Origin: Phoronis australis
Lineage: Eukaryota; Animalia; Phoronida
Direction: 5' to 3'
DNA: 64,000 nucleotides
NCBI GenBank assembly: GCA_002633005.1
Contig: NMRA01000181.1
Span: 258,959 to 322,958 of the forward strand
Position 1 is the stretch's first letter. Every line of letters begins with the position of its first letter. Positions 1-12,520 of this stretch are shown one piece after another. Both the position numbers and the translations under genes were made by a program. The notes beneath the pieces were generated by a model. It ran no database searches, was not told where the DNA came from, and worked only from the letters and a program-made list of their open reading frames with translations.

Positions 1-243
1 GATTCTTTTGAAATTAATGCTAAAATTGATTTTAAAATACTTTACATGCTAGGAAAGTCGGGGGGTATTTATAATATGTCTGACCACGACAAATGCTGCT
101 CGAAATGGGGTCGAATATAAGCGAATTAGTTGATAATCTGATATGACGTATGTATTTGTTCAGAGCGTTTTGCAGTCGTCCCAAACGAGTTTTAGATTGT
201 TATTGGACATCAAATGAACACAGAGTTAATCTGCTTTTTTCAG

Positions 244-450
244 AAGCCGTTTGCGAGCTTCCTGGTGGTGACGAGATATACGAATATGTTGACAGCAACA
301 ACAATCGTTTTTCGTCCACGTTTGTTTTAAAGAACACAGGTTTAAAAATGAAATGCAAGGAAGGATACTCGATGATAAGTGGCAGCAATTACAAGAATTT
401 CCGATGTGACCCTAGCACCTGGACTACGCCACGATCACAGGCTTGTGAAG
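244..450 (+). CDS. Coding exon, Sushi/CCP domain 1 (in window) of a multi-Sushi protein
   Basis: Acceptor ctgcttttttcag| at 242-243, donor |gtacat at 451; 207 nt, phase 1-1. Translation AVCELP...MKCKEGY...FRCDPSTWTTPRSQACE has the C..C-x-x-G-Y..C..W..C pattern. Confidence 0.88.
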
Positions 451-929
451 GTACATGGCATCTTAAAGTGTTGGTGTTGTATTACCACCGCAACGTTTCT
501 CTTGACAGCTGTCAATTGCAGTCCTTTCAATATAAATTTGGAGTACATACATGCAAAGTTCCACTCTAACACGTAGTGTAGAAACTGGCAGATCTCTAAT
601 GTCAAAAGGCGGGCAGGGGGGAAATACAGATTTAAAATGATACATGTATATATCTATGTGTCCTAAAAACGACTTGTCGACAGAGATTTTTAATCCTGGC
701 CGTCCTCTAATCTGTTCTTGTGTAATGCCCTCTAACAACACATGAGCATTTTGTCGTCGAATATACCGCAAAGGACGATTTGTAGTTCGGAAATGTGACA
801 TTCTCGACATGAGAGCATTTTATCAAACATCTCGTCATGAAACCCTTGGCACGACCACTGATACTTCTGGTCTCTAAATGACTAAAACACGGAACGACAC
901 AACAGAAGTTGTCTGTCATAAGCCATTAA

Positions 930-1130
930 GTGCTCAGTGGCATGTAATAAATTCTATGACATTAGTTTTTATGGTACTTCGAATGTATGAGCTAGCTCAA
1001 TTTTGGGGGTCCGTCCTGGGTTTCTGGCAGACCCTTCCTATAGTATAATTTGTCTGTCATAGCTCATTATCCGGTGTTCAGTGCCGTACGATTTGTCGTT
1101 TCATGTAATTTAGTTCTGACCGGTGTCTCG
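930..1130. repeat. Dispersed repeat, diverged direct copy of 3605-3790
   Basis: Shared core tggtac(t/c)tcgaa(t/g)gtatgagctagctca(a/t)ttttggg and a downstream gtcatag..tcatt..cggtgtt block in both places. Confidence 0.6.
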
Positions 1131-2399
1131 AATGTCTTTAAGAGAGTTTTCGCAAAACGACCTGAATGTGAAATATCACGCATATACATTTGCGCGTGCC
1201 GATTCGCAACAGCTAATTTTTATTGCAACGTGAAAGTAAATATGAACCGAATAACTGAGCTCAGGGTGTCCAGTTATCGCAGTACATATCCGCTAGATTA
1301 CAAACTACTTACAAATCACTTTGCGAATGCACCTTCTTTTATTTTCATTCTCATAACTTCTAACACAAATAATTCAATTCAATTTAGTAATTTTCTTACT
1401 TAATTTTGCGATGAGATTCAATGTGTTGTGTTCCACAACTAGCCTCCTCCTGTCATTCTTTTCAATTTCAAGCCTCTCCTCTTTTCCCTTCTCCTCCATT
1501 TCAAACTTTTCCCGTTCCAGGGTTATCCCTGACTTGCTCTAGTGTTTTCAGCTCTGCATCATGATTTTCTTTGAGACAGTTGATGGACAATCGGTACGTG
1601 TACGTTTTACGGAGTCTTGAATGAAACACGTTGTTTAATTGTATTGTATGTTGCTGCTTTCCATAATGCTACAGGTATGCAAGATAGGAATATATGTAAA
1701 AAAGTCGTTTATACAAACTCTTGTGAAAAATGGTAAACTCTTGTAATGCACAATTTATTCTCAGTTGAATGTAAATTAAGCATATAAAAACCAACAAGGC
1801 CTTCCTTCAACTAGACTTTTAAGAACCTTTATAAACAAAAAGAATGGTTTTGATTTATACTGAAGAAAAGCAGTAAGATTGAAAACCCTATCAAAATAAA
1901 TAGCGTTCCGATGTCTTGCCAAATAAGAATTAAAAAGGGGCCACGGGTTTCGTGTTTAAAGCTACTTGAATATCTGTGTATTCGCTTAAAATACGCAAAC
2001 ACTATTAGTTCGGGAGCCAGGGGGTTGAACCTGGTTTTGCCGGATAAAGTTCTTTCTTTGCTGTTTCATGTAGCCTATGGTTAAGTAACCATGATGTAGG
2101 GGATGACCGTTCGAAACCCTTGAGCTTTTTTTTAAATATGCAAATTAAGGTCGCCATTTTGCAAAATTATTCTTGTGCTTACAGCTACTGTACCAAGCAC
2201 CACAGATCAACTATCATGATTTTTGAACCTATGTTCCTATGGTCATTACATAAAAATGATCTGTAATTAATTTCACAAAGTTACAAATTCTAGTTTTGTC
2301 TGATACCCAGGGTATATGTAGTAGATGACCAAATTGTTTTATTGCATAAACCCAGGACATAACCTATCTAATGGAGACCAGTCACAAGACGCTTCAAAT

Positions 2400-3560
2400 G
2401 CTAATTCAACACTCGGAAAGTGAGTACAGTACAGTATAACGTTCCCAAAATATTGTGCGGGGTAGAAAATTGACTCTGCAATTGTATCTACTTGAATTTA
2501 GTGGAATCTGACCTTTGCAGCCATACCTAATCACGACCAGTATGCAATAGGAGCGAGTTGGACATCATTATAGATTATAGATAGTGACAGTGATTTGTTT
2601 ATGGCACCTTTCTTCCATCCATAGTCCTCTGGATCTAGTGCGGGTGACATTCCACCACATGACTGACTGTTTACGTTTACATTCTCTGTGAATGCCTCTG
2701 TTATCGGTGACGGTTTGGGTGCGGATATATATTTCTTGCCATTTCTCTTCCCAATACCGATAGTCTGGTTTCCGACATCTTCCTGATTCTGTTCATTCAA
2801 TAACAGGCACACATACAATTAGTTGCCTGTTTCATGACATCAGAAAATTGTGCATCAATAGCGCCGATAGCAGAAAGATCAAGTCCAGCCTTCATATTTT
2901 AACGATTGATCCGTTTCCAACTCCATAGTAGCATGCCACCGTGTTACACCCCTACTGCGCATGGGCAGGTAGGAGACCTTCACAATATCGCTACTTGTTT
3001 CCAGTGTTAACTTTATGTCTACGACTGTTCCACGCTTACTAGGTGATTTCATGGTTGTGGTATTTGAAGCTGTTCCTTGTCTTAGTAATGCAGACGAAGG
3101 ACAAATACATTTTTGTCATTCGAAACAACCTAAAATTTGTTAAGTTCATATGCGCATTTCTTGTCCTGTTGCACCATAATGGAGCTAACTTCTTCGTGGG
3201 ATGTCTCCACTGTCCTTGTACTGTATTAAGGGACACGGATATTCATCAGTGATTACCTACTTGTGTTCCTAACATACTGGTAGCCTTTCTCAAAGTCTGA
3301 TAACATTACCTGTAAAATGCTTATTGTTTCATGTAGGCCTCCATTAACTGTTGGAGTAGCAATCCTGTCACTGCTAATGTTCACTACTGTGTCTTTGAGA
3401 TAGACCTTATCCGACAAATCCAGGTTAAGTAAAAAACAGCATTTGGCTCGGGATTGCGTCACAGCCAATAAAGGCATGTGTGATGCGGAATTATATATGC
3501 GTGTTAATGATCGTTCACGTCGCTTTGCAAAAAGCCTCTTATAGCGTTTTGAGATTTGAG
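2400..3560 (-). pseudogene. Decayed DNA-transposon ORF, Academ-like (XPG/H3TH motif plus Cys-rich C-terminus)
   Basis: Minus strand HAFIGCD at about 3460-3480 (H-A-F-x-G-C-D motif) and DPEDYGW...LAP followed by degraded Cys-rich tail at about 2450-2640; stops and frameshifts. Family assignment is from recalled motifs. Confidence 0.55.
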
Positions 3561-4627
3561 GGGTTTCTAGGGAGCACAACTCAAAGTGTATTTCTGTGTG
3601 TCAGTGGTCTGTGGCATACATTGAATCATAAGAAATTTTTTGTGGTACCTCGAAGGTATGAGCTAGCTCATTTTTGGGAGGTATTTTCTGGGCTTTTGGC
3701 GTGTGTTATCCAGAGTGCGCTTTGTCATAGGTCATTCGGTGTTTAGTACAACACGGCTGTTTGTTTTAAATCAGTTTTTGCGTGCACCTTGAATATCTAC
3801 TCTATCCCAATGGCGGCCATATTGTAAGGTCCTTAGGGAGTGCAGACAACGGCACACATCCATTTCTGTACATACTGGGGTACACTCTAAGTACTCCGGT
3901 GGTCAGATATTTGTACCTCCTTCATCTATGCTAAGCGCTCTTGGCTGCCGATCTAAAATCTCGGTAACCTGAACTAATGCAATTCCCGTTTTCTCAAATA
4001 GTTGTGGCACCGGAAAGCCTGGTGACAACTGTACCAAGTCAAACACTTGAATGATTTCTGAAAATCTATTTTGTTCGTTTATCAGCTTAGTCAAGCAAAG
4101 CACGCTTCCAGACAGGTTCAGACAGTTATCGATAAGTTGTTCATAATGTCGTTTTGCGCTTCCGAAAAAGTGCCGAAGACCAGTTTTTGACCTGTGGCTG
4201 TTGGTCGAATTTTGGACTGTCTCAGAAACCGTCAAGGGATCAGATAAGGAAATTTTTGGTAGCAAAGCAACTGAAAATGATAAGTTAATGTATAACTCGA
4301 GCGGCGCGGTATGATTAAAAAGACCTTGCAAAATTGTACGTTTTACCATGAAATCCAGCATACATGTAAATATGCGTGGCAAAAACACAAGACAAAAATC
4401 AAGACTAGCCATATACTCGATGCAAGTTCCCCGCATTTGCATATAAGGCCATGTTCGCACATTTGGAACTTTAAATTTCTCCACGAAATGCAACATTTCA
4501 CCTATGAGCCCTTTGGTGTTTTATGACGTGCATGTTGAGAAAATGAAATTTAACAGAAAAACAAACTTTTACTCGTAGCAAGCCGAAACCTATCCGTGCA
4601 TAAACACAAAGACAAATATACGGCATT

Positions 4628-4797
4628 GTCCATTGAATTTGGAACCCCAGTGTAAAACAGATGAATTGGAGTCGAAAACAGACTTCCGCCCTTTCATAAC
4701 AGCTAACCAGCCGGGTGGTTAGGTGTTCTGAAGGTGCGAAGATCTGTTTTTGACTGTAGAATATCTGTTTTACACAGGGATTCTAGTTTCGATGGAC
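4628..4797. repeat. Imperfect 170-bp palindrome (hairpin/MITE-like)
   Basis: Left arm gtccattgaa..ccagtgtaaaacagat..gtcgaaaacaga..taacca pairs with tggtta..tctgtttttgac..atctgttttacacaggg..tcgatggac; centre about 4710-4715. Confidence 0.75.
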
Positions 4798-6465
4798 CAC
4801 CCTAGTTTTTGACGTATCAGCGATTTTCCCGACGCTCGTTGTAGTTACTCAACTGAAGCACAAGGAAGCTTAAACACTGTCTGTAACGATGGTCTGGTTG
4901 AGCACGAAGGCCTACTGTCATGAAAATCTAATTGAGAGGAACTAGTCTTACGACAATGAATTCAAGCACTAGTTACAATAGGTCCTCCCTCAGCATATAA
5001 ACAAAACTCGACCCTCCTTTCCAAACTGAATAACTTGCTGCTCTATGAAACACATAAGTCGAGCGCAAAATCTACACACTGCTGAATCGTGGCAGCGGCG
5101 TCTAAAAGTCTTTTTCGCATCCCGTGCAACATCGTTTCTTCACAATGTAATTGCGCGAGTTTGTGCGAGGTTTCGGCACCCAAACTTAACTAGAAAAATA
5201 TTAACAAGAACCTGTTTCGTGCGGCAGCAATTTAGTGCCCACCACCAAAACAATTCCGAGGAAAAAGTAGAAATTATGCGAAAAAATCGTAATTACGTGA
5301 AGAAGCCGTAATTGCCAGGAAAAAATCTTAATTAGCAGAAAAATGTCACACTACCATATTGCACCAATAACGTCTGTCCTCTGATAAAAATATCAGCAAT
5401 CGGAGAAAGGTTCTCCAAATATCCGATTCAGCAATCCCAAGGTTGTCCAATTGTGCCATACTTTGTACTGTCGTCCTCTGCATAATCTGGTTACGCTGTT
5501 GCATTGTGGTCACCAATCACAAAGCTATTGCTACGCGGTAGTACTGAACAACGTGTATTCCACTAAACTAAGATGGCTGACAAATGACCTCTATCGAGTA
5601 AATTAAACACAATGTCGCCATGAACGGCGGTGTCAAAAACCTTTCCTGTAAGTCCTGATGTACCTAAAATAGGGAACCAAAGGCACAACGGTACGCATTT
5701 TCGCTGATCCCTGCGCACTTTATCACAGCATCAACTACAAAGAAAATTTTCAAAAGTTTGGGACAGCCCAAGCGTTTGGAAACGCCAGCGGTGGAGTTGC
5801 TTCCTTTAAAATATCACCCCATTCGTGCCCCTAATAAAAAGATCTACCTGTCTTCATACCGCAACAACAACAGGAAATTACGTGCAATCTGATGTCAATT
5901 CAGAGATCAAGACACATTGCTACAGCAGTTGGGTACCTCATATTATCTAGATCATGCATGCAGTTCTAATTGTACATGTAGATCAAGCGTCCAATAGCTA
6001 TGTGTTATCAAGTGCAAGGACTGTCTTTGATAATTAGAGGAGCGAAATAAAGGTTCTCTGAAGTGAACAAAAAGCTCGACTAGGATTCCTTGAAGGTGCA
6101 AAAACAACCGCCTAAAAAGAAGAATATGTTAATGGAAAACTGAATAAAAACTTTCGAGGGAAACTTCAGTCTAGGGTTTGCTTTTAAAGCTCCGTCCTGT
6201 TTTCGGAACCTTAAAGCTTTTCCTTTAGTTTACGACATTTTGGCATAGAGGACTGATTTGTTCATCAGCAGCGGCGTCCGCATGTGCGTTTTGAATTCAA
6301 CTCTCCTCTTTTGCATTGTTTGAGTAACTCAGTTTCAAAAAGGTTGAACTTTAGTATTTTCGGATGAGCCTATTGCAACGTGCTTTACGAAATTGTATCC
6401 TGGATTATACATGGGAAATGTTAAGAACTCGCCATGTTACCGAGTTGTTGTTACCTTCTTAATAG

Positions 6466-6660
6466 CAAAGAAGTGCGAAGCGAGTAGTCTACCAACTACA
6501 GCTGACTCTACTCATAACATTTCTGAACATGTGCCGTTCAATGGAGTTGCAGCGATCACTTGTAGTTCAGGCAAATCGTTCTCCAACGGCGAGACTGTAA
6601 CTTTCTTGAAATGCAAAGGCAATAACACCTGGGAGCCAAACACCGTTGGGAGTTGCAAGG
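6466..6660 (+). CDS. Coding exon, Sushi/CCP domain 2
   Basis: Acceptor ccttcttaatag|, donor |gtaagt; 195 nt, phase 1-1. KKCEASSLP...ITCSSGKSFSNGETVTFLKCKGNNTWEPNTVGSCK (4 Cys + Trp). Confidence 0.92.
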
Positions 6661-7315
6661 GTAAGTTTTAGCCACTTCTCGACTGAATGCAGACTACTTA
6701 AGAGCTTACTTATATTTTTCACCGTCGCTCAATAGTGCTGGAACCCTGGGAAGCGCAGGGCGGGACACATAAGCCTGCATAAGTGACGACGAGGGGATGC
6801 AAAGTTGTCGCATAGCCCGGGGGTAGTGTTGACACCCGGAAAATTAGAAAATTTTGTCAATGCGGGGGGAACGGAGTCGACGGGGCAGCAACAGAAAAAT
6901 TGAATTTGTTGATGCGCCTCAAAATTATTGCCTTTTTTTGGCCTGATGTTGGGAGATTGCACGTCCTTGTCTAATATAGGAATCTGTGAAAAAATCAGAG
7001 CTGTATTTAGGTCAACATAATTTTACACTTTTCGTACTTTAAGATCCTTGTGTTAAATTAATTTCAAAATGGTGAACACCTTTCATATGATTGTCATCGT
7101 TGCTCAAAATGCAACAAAAAGATCAAATCAGCATTCATAATAAAGGCCCTAGATGTTGACAATGACAATTTTTGTTAGCTCAGCACTGAAACTCGATTTT
7201 TGCGTGTCCTCAACAAGTCTTGACTAACTACACATAGTAACACAAACATATCATTTTTTTCTTTAGTATTTTTGGTTCCAGGTCTCGTATTACGCACATG
7301 TATTTATTCTTCCAG

Positions 7316-7510
7316 TTACTAAGTGCGGCGCCGACAGTGTTCCAGAAGTGGCAGGGGCCTCTCACACAAACGTCACTGGAATTCTAGAATACAACGCTAT
7401 CGTTTCGTACACTTGCCTAGATAACAAGACATTTGGATCCAATGTCCGTACACACGAGACACGTTGCGTGTCCATGAACACCTGGTTTCCAGTCCCGGAG
7501 AACTGTAGTG
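7316..7510 (+). CDS. Coding exon, Sushi/CCP domain 3
   Basis: Acceptor tttattcttccag|, donor |gtaatt; 195 nt, phase 1-1. TKCGADSVPEV...VSYTCLDNKTF...TRCVSMNTWFPVPENCS. Confidence 0.92.
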
Positions 7511-8644
7511 GTAATTTGTGTAGTAGAAAAGGCTATTCAAGTCACAAACAGCGCTAATCAGCCGGCTACCTAACATCGCCGAAGCTGTAGTAAAGTTAGT
7601 GATGTTGAATCTGATTGTTCAAATATCAGAATAAGAGAGTGTACACTGTTTTTGAAACCAAAGAACTCTTTTTGGTCCGCTCACTAAAAACACAGCCCGA
7701 AAATATAAAAACGAAGGATTCCAAAGATGGCGCTGTGTATGCCTTGAGATGTATGGCCGTTTGCGACGGGGAAAGTAACCGCTTTCGATGTTGCCTTCAC
7801 CATACAGATTCCTTGTCATCTAGGCATAATAATTACCGCGTGAATATTTTCTTCCGTTTATTTGTTATCCATGGAAGGGAAGAAAACAGCTCATATTCGT
7901 TATGCATTCACGTCCATTCAGCAATCCCGAATAATGGGTATTGTACTGAGAAATACATTAACTGTGTTTACTCAATGACAGTGAATACAGAATCAAGTTG
8001 CGACCTTTAGCATGTCCGCTTACGTCCTTTTGTATTGTTGAAATCGAACCCGAAGTTGTTCTCTTTAAGTACGAATTCAAAATAATTAACTAATATTCTG
8101 TGCTTTAGTATATCATGGATTATGCAATAATGTCTGTAGTCGAAATTAGCATTTTATTACCTCTATATTTATTCTACACACTCGAGGAAAGACTAGAGAT
8201 TTCGAGTTTAGGCTCGAATTATATCTTTAATACCAGGATAATCAAGTGTCAAACAGGTCTGCACAGTCACCCACGTAAACCATACTCGAGCACCAATAAT
8301 GGACGCATATTTTGAGTTCGTACTAAAGTAGATAGTAAAATATTGGAATAATTTCGAATTCAATTTCGGCTGAAAAGATTAGACTGACCGAGGATAATTG
8401 ACTTGAACAACATATTTTAAAGGTATCCGAGAATCTGTATTTTCACTAAAGGTAACGTCAATAGCAGTTGCTTTCTCTCTTAAAAGATCTCAGAATGGAA
8501 GACAGTGGGGCTTAATTTTTGCTCCACTGTCAACGGTGAATTAAAATTACTTCAAGCTCAAAGTCAATGCAAACGATTTTTTGTCAACATCTAATGTGAG
8601 TGGTCACCAGTAAATGTAGTTACAACACCACACTTATTTCTCAG

Positions 8645-8860
8645 ATGCTACCTGTCGCACAGACCAACTACCGAATGTCGCAAATTCTGAACAGAGTCCT
8701 TCAAGCTTGACCGGAACGAATCAGCCGTATCGTAAAGCTGTCACATTCACGTGCAATGAGGGATTTGCGGACACTGGGTCAAATTATCAGACCATCCACA
8801 CTACAACATGCAATGAACTGGGAAGATGGGAGCCTGCCTTGAGCTCTGAATCTTGTAGTC
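8645..8860 (+). CDS. Coding exon, Sushi/CCP domain 4
   Basis: Acceptor ttatttctcag|, donor |gtgagt; 216 nt, phase 1-1. ATCRTDQLPNVANS...VTFTCNEGF...TTCNELGRWEPALSSESCS. Confidence 0.93.
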
Positions 8861-11181
8861 GTGAGTGCTTGATGTTTGCTTCATGTTCTTACCCGTAACA
8901 CCACGAATTCTTTTCACCAAAGATACGTTACTGAAGTCTCCGTGTATGGGGTTTTTGGAAATATCAATCTTTGCGAAGTGGATATACACTGTACGCCCAA
9001 AAACCTGGAGTTTCCTCAGTCGGTAGTTTGATTTAAGTATTGAAAAAGAATTCCATCTACCATAGGACAGTTGAGTTAACGAGCAATCAGTCATGCAACT
9101 CTTGAGGACCTTGGGTAAGGGAACGAGAGCCCTACCCACTCACGTTAATAATAATTTACATGCGGTAGGCTGAAACGTTCCTAGCGATGGGTGTAGAGCA
9201 GGACAGTAGAGAAAAGTAGCAAAAAATGTAGATGACATTAAAACTTTGTGAAAATTTGTCATCTAATACTACTGGATTTACCCATGGTGAGCCCCGCCCA
9301 GGTCATTTATGTTTGGTTCCCTCCAGTTTTAAAATATTGGGCACAGGGCTTCCAGGGTAACTTGATTCAGATTCTAAAACTCAACGGGAATACAATACTC
9401 TATGTCTTTAGGGACCAGTCTGGCAAGAGATATTAGAATGTCTTATTCCTCCGCTTTTTCTTTGATGTTAATCGAATCATTTTACTGCAGATGGAATCCT
9501 TGGTTACCACTTCTGTTCTTTCTTTATACATTGCTTTAATGAGTCACTCATGAATGTTTCCCATGAAATGGAATCAACTGCATCTCTTTTGCTATTTTTG
9601 TGAAGTCGTGACCCTGTGATGGAAGGAGAGTGATCCGGTGATGAAGCAATTTATCATTTTGTTCAAATGCGGTTAGAATAATTGGGAAGAAGGCTTTCGA
9701 TATTAAATGATACCCTCAGACGAGAGCCTCTCTAAGAGAGTTGACCCGGCAAAGTGCCCGTTTTTACCCTATAAACTAGGCACTACCATACTTTTCACGA
9801 GGCAAAGCTGTAAACATCAAATTTGTTGTAGAAACCGTAAAATATGCTCAAACACAGCAACATCAAAGCATGCTGCTAGAAGCAAAAACGAGAAATTATT
9901 AAAAACCAATTTAAAGTGTTCTGGCGGAGCGAAATCGACTGAAAAATGGAGTATAGAAATGTCAACAAAAGTAGCGTTTCACTCGACAACAACGCTCACG
10001 TAAACATTGACGACGCAGAGGAAGACTTCAAAGACTACGATATCGCTGCCGACACTGCATCAACAACGATAGGCAGTCAGGAACACCGGCAACAACATCA
10101 ACGATGACGAGGCCGTCTCCAACGCTGATGACATAGTGACGACCAGCGACACGTGGTGAAATGGGAATAAGGGAGACTATACTAGTGACGACTACATCGG
10201 CGGCTGGTTTGACAACAATGCTGCTGTCACCAGTGGGGAGACGGAGAACAACTTCAGACACCATGGATTCGCCATCGACATTCAATAACAGCGGTAGCGC
10301 CGCCAGCAACTTTGACAACAAAATCAAGGAAGGTGGGGACTCCAACTCAAACGTTGTGACAATCCCGACCTACCGTTTGCCTGCTCTGACACAATACTCA
10401 TGTTTATGCATTATCTAGACTCTTCTGAATAGTACTTGAATGTTTTGTTCAAGTGAATGTTCACGAAGCGGTAGTATGTGAGTAGACTTTGACGCGAACT
10501 TGATAAAATTGCGAAGGCAGTGACTCCATAGAAGACAATGATAACACCAAGAGCGGTGCAGAAGACGACATCTAAGATCACGAACTCGCCAAAAACACTG
10601 TTAACAACACCTATCATCATCATCAAAGTCACCATTACCATCACCACCTGCATCATTACCGCCGTCGTCAACGTCATTAACCATAGACGTCGGAGTCGAA
10701 AAAGAAACAACAATCGTCGTTGATGCCAATAGACAAGAAAGCGGAGAAGTATCAGACAATAGAACTACGGTAATTCTTTAATGTCAAATAGCTCAAGATC
10801 AGCCATTCACCCTGGCAAAACTTCAACACCTTTCATGTAGTGCTCTATTCACATATCAAATTCATAACCATTCATCTTAAGGATGCCGGATTAATGACGG
10901 TTGCAGCACCACCTAGGGAACCGTTCACAATTATGGCCATTTTCCGACCGTGCGAAACTTGCGCTTTAGGGGAGACAAATATTGCTGCTAGCTTTTGATA
11001 TTATAAAATGGCGACGTCAAATAATAAAGGATGGATTTTAATAACTGTTTATTCCACTGTAAGTAGGGAGAAACCATTAGTTTCATTTCTATAACTTTTA
11101 TGAGACTGTTCTACTCATTTTCTAGCACATAGCGGATAATGAGGACATGGAAGTCAATGAATATATCGTTATAATAGAATA

Positions 11182-12520
11182 TGTGATAACATTCTACTAG
11201 TTTCCAGTATATTTCTGATTTATATAGTTACGTTGTCTGAAACATTCTAACACTTAGTACAATGATTGGATACATCCCTGAATGTTCTGGAATGTGCTTG
11301 ATTACCCAGTCGAGAGTTAGTGAGAGTCAGTTACAAAATAACAGTTACGGATTCAAAGAGAGCAGTTTTAGAATCAGCAGTTACTGCATAAGTCAATAGA
11401 CAGCTAGCTATAGAGACAACAGGTTATTGAATCAACGAGATTAACAGCCGGTGGAATATACTCAGGATAACATCACGTTGCAGGAGTCCACATCAGACAT
11501 TGCGACAGTCGTTTTGTTTGTGTAGACTTGGGTACATGTACGTACGATTAAAAGTGATTAACTCGAACCCGCCATTAGTCTCCCATCGCACCAAAAACTG
11601 TTAGCACTCTGTGAAAGAGCGAGAAGAATAATCCACGAGACTGGGTTGCAGGTGGAACATAAGAGTGTGTTGGTAGGTTAGACCTGGAGGTATTTCCGCG
11701 AGGGAATATGTCGGTGTAAGCCCGAAGCTCACCAAAGTCGATGAAAAGCAAGACGATATGGTATCCTCCCTAGAAAGATTCGTCGATAGTCAGAGTTGGA
11801 GCTAGAAAGAATATGCAATTAGTCTCGGTTGCCGGTTAACAGGTAACGGCCAACAAGTTTACGCTGCCATGTCCATGTCTTATGCATTGGACTATGATAC
11901 GCTCAAGAAGGCCTGCTGAAGGGTACAGAATAACTGAGGAGGGTTTTTGGCAAGTTGTTCCGAAAAGCTACAGCTGAGAGGGGTGTGAAGACCCACCTAC
12001 ACCGCTGTACAGACAGGTAGAGCTCTCTGTCTTGACTGTTGTAGAGATTTCGATGAACTGAGAGCTGTTTTTGTACGAGCACTACGTGAATCCCAGGACT
12101 AAAGACCAGAGTTTTTTAGGAAATGTTTCGCTTGGCAGAGAGGTATATTGAAGCCCACAGAGCGAACATAACGAGTACTCTGACGTCAATGGAAATGTTC
12201 CAAGCAAGACCTGTCAACTAAGAGACTCAGAGGTTGGACTAGAAGAAAATTGACCTCGCAGGGGAAAGTTTATTCTTCTGTCACACAGCTGAGCACCTAG
12301 CCAGTGACTGTCGGAAGCGGATTCACATGAAGCAACACCAAGAATCAGGAGCTGTCAACCACCGAAATTCTAAAAGTTCGGACAGATAGCTGGTGAAAAG
12401 TTTTAACCCTGAACGCGCTTTCAAAAGAAAGCCGTGTTTGAAAGACTTGTACGGCGACAAGAAGAAGGTCTCATTGCTGACACAGGCTACAGTACTATTC
12501 TGCTTCCCGTTCAGTAACGC
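11182..12520 (+). mobile_element. Ty3/Gypsy (Gmr1-like) LTR retrotransposon remnant: possible LTR, gag, zinc knuckle, protease start
   Basis: From 11722: PKLTKVDEKQDDM..SLERF..SQSWS*KEYAISLGCRLTGNGQQVYAAMSMSYALDYDTLKKA (Gmr1-type capsid). FCHTAEHLASDCRK at about 12276-12317 (CCHC knuckle). GLIADTGYSTILL at about 12467-12505 (aspartic protease DTG). LTR limits are tentative. Confidence 0.78.

Noticed and set aside
3903-4496. 197-aa minus-strand ORF
   Set aside because: No recognisable motif, non-ATG start, lies among TE debris; unsupported as a gene.
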